Shown: piece by piece, positions 1 to 8,525 of the stretch | Layout of the letters: every line of letters starts with the position of its first letter | Numbering within the stretch: the stretch's first letter is position 1 | Assembly: GCA_964355895.1 (NCBI GenBank) | Contig: CAYHFK010000002.1 | Span: forward strand, 1 to 40,877 | Source: an uncultured Bifidobacterium sp. | GTDB taxonomy: Bacteria > Verrucomicrobiota > Verrucomicrobiia > Limisphaerales > JADLHS01 | DNA length: 40,877 bases | Direction: 5' to 3' | Notes under the pieces: model-generated | Seen by the model: only the letters and a program-made list of their open reading frames with translations | Databases searched by the model: none | What the model was told of the DNA's origin: nothing | Program-made: the position numbers and the translations under genes

Positions 1-491
1 AGTTTTTTGTCCGCCGGCACCATGCGGTCGGTCTGGCCGCAGATGACACAACCGACGCTTTGTACGATCTGGGTGATGCGTCGGGCGGGCAGCAAGGTCT
101 GGAAGCCGGGGATGGAATCGAGCTTGTCGAGCGTGCCGCCGGTGATGCCAAGGCCGCGCCCGGAGATCATCGGCACGCGGAAGCCGAGGCAGGCGAGCAA
201 CGGCGCGAGCGGGAGCGACACTTTGTCGCCCACGCCGCCGGTGGAATGTTTGTCCACCAGCGGACGCTTGTCCTTGGGAAATTTCAGCACGTCACCTGAG
301 CCGCGCATGGCAAGCGTGAGCGCAGTGGTTTCGGCGGGGCTCAAGCCGCGAAAGAAGACAGCCATTAGAAAGGCGGCGATCTGGTAGTCGGGCAGTTGGC
401 CGGAAACGACCCCGGAAACTATTGCGCCAAGCTGGGCGGCGGTGAGCGGCTGACCGTCGCGCTTGGATTCGATGAGGGAGAGGAAGTTCAT
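1..491 (-). CDS. deoA: thymidine/pyrimidine-nucleoside phosphorylase, N-terminal ~163 aa (gene runs off the left edge)
   Basis: Absent from the ORF track because it is open at the window edge. Reverse-strand translation from the ATG (complement of 489-491) reads MNFLSLIESKRDGQPLTAAQLGAIVSG..DYQIAAFLMAVFFRGLSPAETTALTLAMRGSGD..VDKHSTGGVGDKVSL..ISGRGLGITGGTLDKLDSIPGF. This includes the HSTGGVGDK signature and N-domain typical of thymidine phosphorylase. Confidence 0.85.
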   Translation of the reverse strand, partial: MNFLSLIESKRDGQPLTAAQLGAIVSGVVSGQLPDYQIAAFLMAVFFRGLSPAETTALTLAMRGSGDVLKFPKDKRPLVDKHSTGGVGDKVSLPLAPLLACLGFRVPMISGRGLGITGGTLDKLDSIPGFQTLLPARRITQIVQSVGCVICGQTDRMVPADKK

Positions 492-659
492 TATGCAAAG
501 GCGTTGCCGTTTTGCCGTTGTTGCCCGACCATTTTCAGTCATGGTGTTGCTGGTAAGATTGAAATGGTTCGCCCAGCCTGACAATTTTTGGTGCAGACGA
601 ACGCGGGTGGAATCCTAGAATCCGGGATCTACATCATTCGTTTCTATTTTCAAATTCTT

Positions 660-2204
660 TCAACTGCGGTTCGCTGTGGCCTTTTTGAGCCGACGAGCTT
701 TATCAAGCAACATTGGCTGACTCATTGACTTGAGAGGGTTAAGGCCGACTTCATCCAAAACGGACTGGGGGATTTCAAGTTGGTCGAGTTGTCTTGGCTC
801 AGTTTTCAATGCCCCGCCACCGTAACTTTTAGAAACGAAGCCCAAATTCGCCAGCGTGTCTGGATGATTGAGTGCCCGCCACAGTTTTTTTGCTCCAGCT
901 TGTGTTGTGTCCCACGGATACACACAAAGAAAGCCGGTCAGCGGGACGACGTTTGCCTCATTCAAAATGAACCGGCAGTCGCGGCGACCGAGATACGCGA
1001 ATAGGATCGGCGGTGGTGTGCGCTTCTCCATCTTATACCAAGGTCGGCGGGTCTTGATTAATGACTTTTCCGGCAGTCCTGCTTGCTCGCCGCTTTTCAA
1101 ATAAGTCTGCAACTGTGTTGGAAGTTGTTCGTTGGACTCGTCCGCAAGGTTAAGCAACCAAGTGGCGCGGCCTACTGCTTCGAGACGATCTAAATCTTCT
1201 ATCTCAAGTCGGGCGCCAGGACAATCGCGTGTTCTTCCGATGGCTCGTCGGAAAAATCTCTCCGGCAGTTTGTGTGATCGAAGTTGTTCGCGAGTGAGAA
1301 AAAAGAAGTCATTGTCGCCGGTGGCAATTCCGCGCAGGACTCTGGCAAAATGGAAAAGCGGAGTGCCGAAATTATCTTGGGCGCGCGGCGGACGAGACAA
1401 TCCTGTTTTCAGTGCTTCAGGCAGTTTACGGCGGTGAGCATTGACAGCGCTTGAGGCTTTCCGCCCGGCCAGCGCAGCCGAGATTGCTTCGCCATCTCTC
1501 TCGCACACGCGCAGCCAAAGAAAATCTTCCAAGGGTTTCGCTTTGGTGAAAAGGAACACCATCGCGTTGGTGTCCACGGTTGGAAATGGCGCGGCTTCAT
1601 CGGCGAAAGTCATAGCGGCAATCAGCCGGTATTGCTGACAGATTCGATTCCAAAACACAAATGACGAAATTCCCTCGCAAACATCGGCAGGCAGAAGAAA
1701 CGCCAGCCGCCCGCCTGGTGCAAGCTGCGTTAGACATTTAAGCAGGAAAAAAACGTGCAAACCAACACGCCCATCGAGAGAAAACCCCAGATGGCTTTGT
1801 GCTAGTTGTTTCAATTCAAGTTTTTGATCTTGAGTCAGACGATGGTGGCGGATGTAAGGCGGATTGGAAACGATGGCTGGAAACTTTTCCGGCAAAGAGG
1901 TGCTGATGAAATCAGCGATCTGCACATGATGGAAGTCAGCAAGCTTCAAACCGAGTTTCCAGCCGTCGGCAAACGCGTTCGGGTGAAGTTCAAAGCCATG
2001 AAACTCGCCTGTAAATCCTCCTTCACGCGCCGCCGCGAAAAAAGTTCCCGGACCGACTGCGGGATCAAAGAGAACTTCAGGACGGTCTTGTGTTACCCAG
2101 CCAGCCATGACTTTTGCCAGCCACAGCGGCGTCCAGAACTGTCCTTTCACCCGCAACGCTTCTCGTTCGTCTCCGCTGGCAGGAAGTTTTTGTAAAGTTC
2201 GCAT
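660..2204 (-). CDS. N6-adenine (amino) DNA methyltransferase, Eco57I/TaqI-like, of a Type II R-M pair
   Basis: ORF 660..2213. An ATG lies at 2204 and the track start at 2213 is TTG. Motifs: GQFWTP near the N-terminus, DPAVGPGTFF (AdoMet motif I) and IVSNPPYIRHH (catalytic NPPY motif IV), followed by a long C-terminal target-recognition-like region. It lies directly downstream of a putative endonuclease on the same strand. Confidence 0.85.
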   Translation of the reverse strand: MRTLQKLPASGDEREALRVKGQFWTPLWLAKVMAGWVTQDRPEVLFDPAVGPGTFFAAAREGGFTGEFHGFELHPNAFADGWKLGLKLADFHHVQIADFISTSLPEKFPAIVSNPPYIRHHRLTQDQKLELKQLAQSHLGFSLDGRVGLHVFFLLKCLTQLAPGGRLAFLLPADVCEGISSFVFWNRICQQYRLIAAMTFADEAAPFPTVDTNAMVFLFTKAKPLEDFLWLRVCERDGEAISAALAGRKASSAVNAHRRKLPEALKTGLSRPPRAQDNFGTPLFHFARVLRGIATGDNDFFFLTREQLRSHKLPERFFRRAIGRTRDCPGARLEIEDLDRLEAVGRATWLLNLADESNEQLPTQLQTYLKSGEQAGLPEKSLIKTRRPWYKMEKRTPPPILFAYLGRRDCRFILNEANVVPLTGFLCVYPWDTTQAGAKKLWRALNHPDTLANLGFVSKSYGGGALKTEPRQLDQLEIPQSVLDEVGLNPLKSMSQPMLLDKARRLKKATANRS

Positions 2205-2215
2205 GGCCAGCAAAA

Positions 2216-3193
2216 CTATTCCCGCTTTGCCGCGAGCAAACTAAGCTGCTCAAGAGATTCAGGCAGCAGCGAGAGGTGTCCTCCGCTGAACGTGACGTAA
2301 GGTAAAATGTGACCATTCTTGTCCTCGACAAAAGCGGGCAGAAGTTTCGGGTCTTCTGTGCTGATGCCGAGCGGATAGCCGTAGTGGTAGTAGTGCTTGT
2401 AGATGGCCTTTTTGGTCGTCGCCCCGCCGGGTGCTTGAAAGGTTTGCACCGTCGCTTCCGTCAGATTTTCTTTAATCAGTTCTTCAGCGCGATCAAATGA
2501 AAGTCCGTAAGCGCGATCGTAAAAAACGTGCCAGATATGAATTGGAACGCCACGAAGGTTTTGCCATTCCATCAGTGGCTGCCGATCTTCCTCTTTGATG
2601 ATGATATTCGGCAGAACCGCGCCCTTCCTCAATCCGGGCTTCCCGCCGAGCCGCCTTTGTGGGCGCAACGGTGTCAGGAAATCTGGCATCTTCGCTCCGC
2701 GCCAAAGGCTGTTTTCACATTCCACTGCAACAATCGCGTCGGTCAAAATAGAGGCAATGCGCGGATCGGTTTCAGGGATAAAAGGCAATTCCGCCAAACC
2801 GCCCGCCGCCAAAACTTTGCCTTCGACTTTCTTTTTGTCAGCACTTAAAAAAATCAGGACGTCGGGGCGCTTTATTTTTCCAAGCCCAGCGGCTTCCAGT
2901 CTTTCAAAATAAAGTTCAAACTCTCGGACGCTGCCGGTTGGTGCTGTACCGCTAGGCCCGTAAGGAATAGCGAAGAACTTACCAGTTTCATTCACGGCTT
3001 CAGTCAACCGATGTTCGCTCCACACGCCCTGCGACCAGCGCATGAGAAAATCACTGCCGCGCAGGCGACGGGGGTTTAGCCAAAAATCAAGCCACGGGAG
3101 GGCGGGGAAATTATGAAGAACGTCCTGTAAATCTTCGCTGCAAACTGTCAGTGCTTTTTCAAATGGATGGTGGGCTTGTTCAAGTTTGCTCAT
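2216..3193 (-). CDS. putative Type II restriction endonuclease (partner of the 660-2204 methyltransferase)
   Basis: A 325-aa ORF with a clean ATG at 3193. Its stop at 2216 is 11 nt before the methyltransferase ATG. It shares the lower GC of the methyltransferase. It contains RPDVLIF...VAVECENS, which can be read as a degenerate PD...(D/E)x(K)-like core. I cannot name a family. The call rests mainly on context. Confidence 0.5.
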   Translation of the reverse strand: MSKLEQAHHPFEKALTVCSEDLQDVLHNFPALPWLDFWLNPRRLRGSDFLMRWSQGVWSEHRLTEAVNETGKFFAIPYGPSGTAPTGSVREFELYFERLEAAGLGKIKRPDVLIFLSADKKKVEGKVLAAGGLAELPFIPETDPRIASILTDAIVAVECENSLWRGAKMPDFLTPLRPQRRLGGKPGLRKGAVLPNIIIKEEDRQPLMEWQNLRGVPIHIWHVFYDRAYGLSFDRAEELIKENLTEATVQTFQAPGGATTKKAIYKHYYHYGYPLGISTEDPKLLPAFVEDKNGHILPYVTFSGGHLSLLPESLEQLSLLAAKRE

Positions 3194-3244
3194 CTATTTT
3201 GGATGATAAACTTGGAAGCAGAGGGAGCAATTGAATTCTCGATT

Positions 3245-4504
3245 TTATCCCACAAACTTCTTGGCCGCGATGGTCGAGTTATGGCCGCCGAAGCCGAACG
3301 AGTTGTTCACGATGGCATTCACCGGCATTTCGCGCGCGGTGTTCGGCACGTAGTCGAGGTCGCACTCCGGGTCGGGATACTGATAGTTGATCGTGGGCGG
3401 CACGATGCCGTGCTGGATGGCGAGGGCGCAGGCGGTCATTTCCACCGCGCCCGCCGCCCCGAGCATGTGCCCGGTCGCGCCCTTGGTGGAGCTGACGGCC
3501 ACCTTTCGCGCATAGTCGCCGAACACCGTCTTGATGGCCAGGGTTTCGCAGGCATCGCCCTGCGGCGTGGAGGTGCCGTGGGCGTTGATATAGGAAATGT
3601 CCGCCGGGTTCAGCCCAGCGGTGCGCAGCGCCACTTTCATGCAGCGGGCCGCGCCTTCGCCGTCCGGGGCGGGGGAGGTGAGATGATACGCGTCGGCGGT
3701 GTTGCCGTAGCCGACGATCTCACAATAAATTTTCGCGCCGCGCTTCTTGGCGTGTGCCAGTTCCTCCAGAGCCAGCACGCCCGCGCCCTCGCCCATGACG
3801 AAACCGTCGCGCTCCTTGTCGAACGGCCGCGAGGATCGCTGCGGATCGTCGTTGCGGGTGCTCATGGCGCGCATCGCGCAGAAGCCGCCGATGCCGATGG
3901 GCACAATCGTGGCTTCGCAACCACCGGCAAACATCATCACCGCTTCACCCATCTTGATGGTGCGCCAGGCTTCGCCGATGGCGTGGTTGGAGGTGGCGCA
4001 GGCGGAGCAGGTGGCAAAGTTGGGCCCGCGCAACTGGTTGTACATCGAGAACAGACCGCTCGCCATGTTGCCGATGAGCATCGGGATCATGAACGGCGAG
4101 AGCCGCCCCGGCCCGCGTTCCAACAGGACCTTGACCTGCGCGGTGGTGGTTTCGAGTCCGCCGATGCCGGAGCCAAGGATGACGCCGATTTCGTCCCGGT
4201 TGAGCTGGTCGAGGTCGGCGCCGGAATCCTGGAGCGCCTGCCAACCGGCATGGATCCCGTATTGCGAAAAGCGATCGGTCCGGCGGATTTCCTTGGGCGA
4301 CGGAAACGCGGGCGTCAGATCGAGGCCCTTGACCTGGCCGGCGATCTGGGTATCGAAGCCGGTGGCGTCGAATGCCGTGATGCGGTCAATGCCGCACTCG
4401 CCGGCGATCAGCCGCCGCCAGAACGTGGCGAGATCATTCCCCAACGGCGTGACCACACCCAGTCCGGTAACGACCACCCTGCGCTCCTGCCAATTGCTCG
4501 CCAT
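3245..4504 (-). CDS. fabF: beta-ketoacyl-ACP synthase II
   Basis: A 419-aa ORF. It has the active-site Cys context ATCSACATSNHAIGEA, the His motifs NAHGTSTPQGD and STKGATGHMLGAAG, and the C-terminal NSFGFGGHN. It lies immediately downstream of acpP. Confidence 0.95.
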   Translation of the reverse strand: MASNWQERRVVVTGLGVVTPLGNDLATFWRRLIAGECGIDRITAFDATGFDTQIAGQVKGLDLTPAFPSPKEIRRTDRFSQYGIHAGWQALQDSGADLDQLNRDEIGVILGSGIGGLETTTAQVKVLLERGPGRLSPFMIPMLIGNMASGLFSMYNQLRGPNFATCSACATSNHAIGEAWRTIKMGEAVMMFAGGCEATIVPIGIGGFCAMRAMSTRNDDPQRSSRPFDKERDGFVMGEGAGVLALEELAHAKKRGAKIYCEIVGYGNTADAYHLTSPAPDGEGAARCMKVALRTAGLNPADISYINAHGTSTPQGDACETLAIKTVFGDYARKVAVSSTKGATGHMLGAAGAVEMTACALAIQHGIVPPTINYQYPDPECDLDYVPNTAREMPVNAIVNNSFGFGGHNSTIAAKKFVG

Positions 4505-4569
4505 AAAATCAAGCGGGGCAGCTCAAGCTGCCTCCAGCCGACACTGCCCCGAACTCCGGTCCGTCACCT

Positions 4570-4812
4570 TTATTTCTGCTGGTCTTCGATGAATTTGATG
4601 ACGTCGGCGACGCTCTGGAGCTTTTCGGCCTGTTCGTCGGGGATTTCGTTGCCGAATTCCTCTTCGAGGGCCATGACCAGCTCGACCGTGTCGAGCGAAT
4701 CAGCACCCAGGTCTTCGATGAATTTGGCTTCCGGGGTGACTTGATCGGGCTTCACGCCGAGCTGCTCGACGATGATGTCCTTGACGCGTTGTTCGATTGA
4801 TTTTTCAGACAT
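4570..4812 (-). CDS. acpP: acyl carrier protein
   Basis: ORF 4570..4869, trimmed to the internal ATG at 4812. The product is [20 protein letters not shown]...[20 protein letters not shown], 80 aa with the DSL phosphopantetheine site. Confidence 0.95.
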   Translation of the reverse strand: MSEKSIEQRVKDIIVEQLGVKPDQVTPEAKFIEDLGADSLDTVELVMALEEEFGNEIPDEQAEKLQSVADVIKFIEDQQK

Positions 4813-4877
4813 GTTTTTTCTCCAGTTAAATTGTGCAACTTGTTTATGCGGCGTGGCGTGAGGCGTCAAGCCCTGAT

Positions 4878-5405
4878 TCAGAATTCTTTTGCCGCCTTCC
4901 GCCCCTTGTCATTGACATACCGCCCCCAAATCAATTGGAACGCGCTGGCAAACTCCCCCGGCTGCTCCGCCACCCAACGGGTAATGCGCTCCGGCGCGAA
5001 CCAATCCCCGCGCTCAATCTCCCCGGGATGCAACGTGAACGGCCCTTCGCTCGCGCACTGATAGACCCAGACAAACTCCCAACCCGTCTCCACGCACGCC
5101 GCGATTCGCATGAGCCGCGCCGGGCACGCCGCGACCACCAGCCCGATCTCCTCGCGCAACTCGCGCACCGCACAAGCGTCGTAATTCTCGCCGGCATCCA
5201 CATGGCCGGACGTTGACGAATCCCACAAGCCTGGCGCCGTGTCCTTCGTCAGCGACCGCTTTTGCAGGAAGACCTCGCCGCGCGCATTGAACACCAGCAC
5301 ATGAATCGCGCGATGCAAAAGGTCGCGCGCATGGACTTCCCGCCGCGGCGCGCGGCCAATCACCTCGTCGCGCTTGTTGACGACATCAAAAAATTCTTCG
5401 CTCAT
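4878..5405 (-). CDS. NUDIX hydrolase
   Basis: A 175-aa ORF with a Nudix box, [23 protein letters not shown]. The layout is Idi/YfcD-like but lacks the IPP-isomerase Cys. Confidence 0.85.
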   Translation of the reverse strand: MSEEFFDVVNKRDEVIGRAPRREVHARDLLHRAIHVLVFNARGEVFLQKRSLTKDTAPGLWDSSTSGHVDAGENYDACAVRELREEIGLVVAACPARLMRIAACVETGWEFVWVYQCASEGPFTLHPGEIERGDWFAPERITRWVAEQPGEFASAFQLIWGRYVNDKGRKAAKEF

Positions 5406-5417
5406 AAATCCAATCTG

Positions 5418-5482
5418 GCAGGAGACGACGTGAAGAGTCTCTGACTTCCAGCTAATTTGAGACTCGTTACCTCGTCTCCTAC
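5418..5482. repeat. 65-bp palindromic (REP/MITE-like) element, copy E1
   Basis: The arms are gcaggagacgacgtgaagagtctc (5418-5441) and gagactcgttacctcgtctcctac (5459-5482). They match 20/24 as an inverted repeat. The element fills the NUDIX-rsmA spacer, and its last 4 nt overlap the rsmA stop codon. Confidence 0.65.
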
Positions 5483-6342
5483 GGGATATTGAGACGGCGC
5501 GCCAGTTCTACAAACAGTTCCAAACCCACCTTCTCCGCCCGCTCCTGCGGCGAAATCTGCAACTCGGAAAATACCTGCGCCAGTTTTTCCGCCGGCCAGT
5601 CCTCTTTCAGCAATTTCATCATCATCTTCCGCCGTTGCGAGAACGCGCGCTTCACGATCTTCACGAAGGCCGCCCGGTGCTCGTCCGCCAACAGTGGATT
5701 GGCTCGGCGCACCAGAACCACGCACGCCGAGTCCACGTCCGGCGCGGGGAAAAAACAGCTTGCCGGAATCTTGAACCAGCCGCGCGGCTCGTAATCGAGT
5801 TGCACCAGCAACGTGAGCAAGCCGTAATCCTCATCATCCGCCCCCGCCATGAGCCGGCGCGCCACTTCGAGCTGGAGCGTGACGACCATGCGCTCCGGGC
5901 GTCCGCGCATCTGCGCCAGTTCGACCAGGATCGGCGACGCCACCGAGTACGGAAGATTCGCCACCAGCTTCCAATCGCTCCAATCGCGCGGCTCGCGTTT
6001 GAGCAACTCCAGCGCGTCGTCGTGCAACAATCGTAGGACGGGCGTCGCGCCTGTCTCTAATTCTTCTGAAGAGGGAGACCGGCGCGACGCCTGGCCTACG
6101 GTGAAACGCTCCCGCAGGACTTCCACCAGCCGGGCATCTTTCTCAATTGCCAGAACCGAGCCGGCGCGCTTCAAAAGCAACTCCGTCAACGGCCCCAGCC
6201 CCGGCCCAATTTCCAGGACCTTGTCCGCCTTCGTCAGTTCCGCCGCGTCCACAATGCGCCGGAGCTGATTGCCGTCGTGCATGAAATTCTGGCCGAGCGA
6301 CCGGGTCAGTTGAATTTCCCGCCGCGCCAGCAAGTTGCGCAT
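5479..6342 (-). CDS. rsmA: 16S rRNA (adenine1518/1519-N6)-dimethyltransferase
   Basis: ORF 5479..6591, trimmed to the ATG at 6342 (MRNLLARREIQLTRSLGQNFMHD). An alternative GTG at 6357 forms a GTGA overlap with the upstream stop. Motifs: LEIGPGLGPLT (SAM binding) and VANLPYSVASPIL. Confidence 0.9.
   Translation of the reverse strand: MRNLLARREIQLTRSLGQNFMHDGNQLRRIVDAAELTKADKVLEIGPGLGPLTELLLKRAGSVLAIEKDARLVEVLRERFTVGQASRRSPSSEELETGATPVLRLLHDDALELLKREPRDWSDWKLVANLPYSVASPILVELAQMRGRPERMVVTLQLEVARRLMAGADDEDYGLLTLLVQLDYEPRGWFKIPASCFFPAPDVDSACVVLVRRANPLLADEHRAAFVKIVKRAFSQRRKMMMKLLKEDWPAEKLAQVFSELQISPQERAEKVGLELFVELARRLNIP
6033..6099. repeat. 67-bp palindromic element, copy E2, inside the rsmA reading frame
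   Basis: The arms are gtaggacgggcgtcgcgcc (6033-6051) and ggcgcgacgcctggcctac (6081-6099). They match 17/19 as an inverted repeat, with an inner gtctc/gagac pair. The ORF stays open through the element, which encodes roughly GQASRRSPSSEELETGATPV. Confidence 0.6.
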
Positions 6343-6353
6343 TTCCGAAAGTG

Positions 6354-7694
6354 TCACGCCCGCCTCCGAAGTTCCGCGGCGAGCGCCCGCACCGTTTGCC
6401 GCAACTGCGCTTCCGAAATCGTCAGCGGCGGTGTGAAGCTGATGACGTTGCCGTGTTCGCCTTCCGGCAACAGGATAAAGCCACGATGCAGCATCGCCTT
6501 GATAACCTGCAATGCCTCGACGGTGGCCGGGGAGCCGTCTGGCTTCCGTAATTCCAGTCCGGCCATCAACCCCGCCGCCCGTGCCCGGCAACTGACTTTA
6601 GACTTTAGACTTTGGACTTTGGACAATTCCGAAAAGAGAAACTCACCGAGCCGCAGGCTGCGCGCGCATAGTTTCCGCCGGCGAATCTCGTTGATCTGCG
6701 CCAGCGCCATCGCGCAGCCGACCGGATGGCCGAGAAACGTGCTGGTGTGGATTGCCTCGCCGGTCGAGGCCGGCCACGCGGCGTCCATCAGATCCGCGCG
6801 ACCCACGCACGCGGACAGCGGGAAGCCGCCGGTCAAGGCCTTGCCCAGGCAAATCAGGTCCGGCACTGCGCCGCTGTGCTCGCACGCGAACCATTTTCCC
6901 GTGCGGCCAAAGCCGGTGTAAATCTCGTCGAGGATGAGCACCGCGCCGTGTTCATCGCAAAGCTGGCGGAGCAACGGCAGAAATTCCAGCGGCGGAATAT
7001 TGCAGCCACCGCGCGCCTGGATCGGCTCGACGAGAATGGCGCCGATCTTCTCGCGGCGGAAGAGGGAGCGGATGCGTTTCTCAACTTCGTAGCAGCCGAC
7101 GTGAGGAGGCTCATTCTTTCTCGGTTTTGATTTGAGACTCCTCACGTCGGCTCCTACAGGAAAAGGAACAAAATGCCCGAACTCCCGCAACTGCGAGCGG
7201 AACGGGCCGCGAAAGTGTTCGCGATGCGTGGCGTTGAGGGCGCCGTAACCCAGGCCGTGATACGCGCCCGAGAAGGCAATGACCCCGTGCCGGCCCGTCG
7301 CCAATATCGCCGTTTTGAGCGCCGATTCGACGGCTTCAAAACCGGAGTTGGAGAAAATCACTTTGCCGGTCTTTCGCTGCCAGCGCTCAAAAGTTATCCG
7401 GCTCAACTCCCGCGCGAGCTTGGCCTTGAGGGCGTGCGGATGCACATCACCCATCGCGTGCAGCAGCTTCGCCATCTGCTGCTGGCCGGCGCGGACGACA
7501 CGCGAATTCGCATGACCTGCCGCCGCAACCCCGAACGCGGCCGTTAGATCGAGATACTTTTTCCCGTCCGCGTCCCAGACGTGAACGCCGCGCGCCCGTT
7601 CCCACACGATCGGCCAGGAACCGTCCGGTTCGGAGAACATGACGTTCTGCGATTCATAGGCCCGCAACAGTTGGATCGTCTTGCGCGTGTTCAT
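6354..7694 (-). CDS. class-III (PLP-dependent) aminotransferase, acetylornithine/GABA aminotransferase-like
   Basis: ORF 6354..8024, trimmed to the ATG at 7694 (MNTRKTIQLL). Motifs: FSNSGFEAVESALK, LILDEIYTGFGRTG, and DLICLGKALTGG (PLP Lys). The 110-aa upstream extension overlaps queE and looks like low-complexity junk. Confidence 0.85.
   Translation of the reverse strand: MNTRKTIQLLRAYESQNVMFSEPDGSWPIVWERARGVHVWDADGKKYLDLTAAFGVAAAGHANSRVVRAGQQQMAKLLHAMGDVHPHALKAKLARELSRITFERWQRKTGKVIFSNSGFEAVESALKTAILATGRHGVIAFSGAYHGLGYGALNATHREHFRGPFRSQLREFGHFVPFPVGADVRSLKSKPRKNEPPHVGCYEVEKRIRSLFRREKIGAILVEPIQARGGCNIPPLEFLPLLRQLCDEHGAVLILDEIYTGFGRTGKWFACEHSGAVPDLICLGKALTGGFPLSACVGRADLMDAAWPASTGEAIHTSTFLGHPVGCAMALAQINEIRRRKLCARSLRLGEFLFSELSKVQSLKSKVSCRARAAGLMAGLELRKPDGSPATVEALQVIKAMLHRGFILLPEGEHGNVISFTPPLTISEAQLRQTVRALAAELRRRA
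6594..6624. repeat. tandem heptanucleotide repeat GACTTT(A/G) x4.4 inside the aminotransferase CDS
   Basis: Read directly: gacttta gacttta gactttg gactttg gac. It encodes SKVQSLKSKVS on the minus strand. Confidence 0.85.
7089..7158. repeat. 70-bp palindromic element, copy E3, inside the aminotransferase reading frame
   Basis: The arms are gtagcagccgacgtgaggag (7089-7108) and ctcctcacgtcggctcctac (7139-7158). They match 19/20 as an inverted repeat. The ORF stays open and the element encodes about VGADVRSLKSKPRKNEPPHVGCYE, between conserved aminotransferase blocks. Confidence 0.7.
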
Positions 7695-7701
7695 TCGTGG
7701 T

Positions 7702-8445
7702 TCAAACCCCGCGTTGCTCCGGCGGCCAGATGATTTTGTGGAGCTGCGCCTGGAAACGCACGGGCAACGCATCGGCGATGATGCGCTCGACGAGTTGCTG
7801 GCGCGTGATGGGCGTCTGGTCGGGGGGGACAGGCTTGAGCGATTTGTGCTGCTGCTCCGGTCGCAACGGATGCACCCACGACATGAGCAGCGGACAAATT
7901 GCATCAAGCTTGTGCGTGGAGATTTGCTGCTTTGCCCACGCGTAATCCTCCATGGTACCGAGGACGAACTTGATTTCGTCGGTGGGATGCAAGTGTGGAA
8001 TGTTCTCCAATCGATTGCGCGCAACTTCGCCGCTGCTAGGGCATTTCAGGTCCACGATGCGGCGCACGCGCGGGTCAATTTGTGAAATGTCATGCGCGCC
8101 GCTGGTTTCGAGGAGTACGGTGAAGCCGTCGTCGCAAAGTTGCTGCATGAGCGGCAGCGCGTTTTTTTGCAGCAACGGCTCGCCGCCGGTGAGTTCGACG
8201 AGGGGAAGTCTGAAGTCTGAAGTCTGAAGTTTGAGGTCTGAATACGGTTTCGCCAGTCGCAGCACTTCCGCCCGCACCTCGCTGAGTTCCCGCTTCTTTC
8301 CCTCGGTGAAGGCATACGCGGTATCGCAGTACGAGCAGCGCAGGTCGCAGGCGGTGAGGCGCACGAAGACGCACGGCAACCCGGCGAAAGTGCTTTCCCC
8401 CTGCAGGCTCAAATAGATTTCGTTGACGACCAGCGTATCGGACAT
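7702..8445 (-). CDS. queE: 7-carboxy-7-deazaguanine synthase (radical SAM)
   Basis: ORF 7702..9270, trimmed to the ATG at 8445. The product is MSDTLVVNEIYLSLQGESTFAGLPCVFVRLTACDLRCSYCDT...LVELTGGEPLL (247 aa). The remaining 275-aa upstream extension is antisense to the thioredoxin-like gene. Confidence 0.9.
   Translation of the reverse strand: MSDTLVVNEIYLSLQGESTFAGLPCVFVRLTACDLRCSYCDTAYAFTEGKKRELSEVRAEVLRLAKPYSDLKLQTSDFRLPLVELTGGEPLLQKNALPLMQQLCDDGFTVLLETSGAHDISQIDPRVRRIVDLKCPSSGEVARNRLENIPHLHPTDEIKFVLGTMEDYAWAKQQISTHKLDAICPLLMSWVHPLRPEQQHKSLKPVPPDQTPITRQQLVERIIADALPVRFQAQLHKIIWPPEQRGV
8205..8241. repeat. tandem heptanucleotide repeat GAAGTCT x5 (last two units degenerate) inside the queE CDS
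   Basis: Read directly: gaagtct gaagtct gaagtct gaagttt gaggtct ga. It encodes DLKLQTSDFRL just before the conserved LVELTGGEPLL block. Confidence 0.85.
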
Positions 8446-8525
8446 GTCCGCGCATGGTAGCGGGGGCCGCGGGGCGAGTGAACAGCGAATTGCGTTTAGA
8501 GCCTGGTTGAAAATCCAGCTTTGCC

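Noticed and set aside
3167-4744. 525-aa ORF on the plus strand (plus 3747..4592)
   Set aside because: It is fully antisense to fabF and acpP, which have unmistakable motifs. It is Arg/Ala/Gly-rich, the typical shadow ORF of a high-GC gene.
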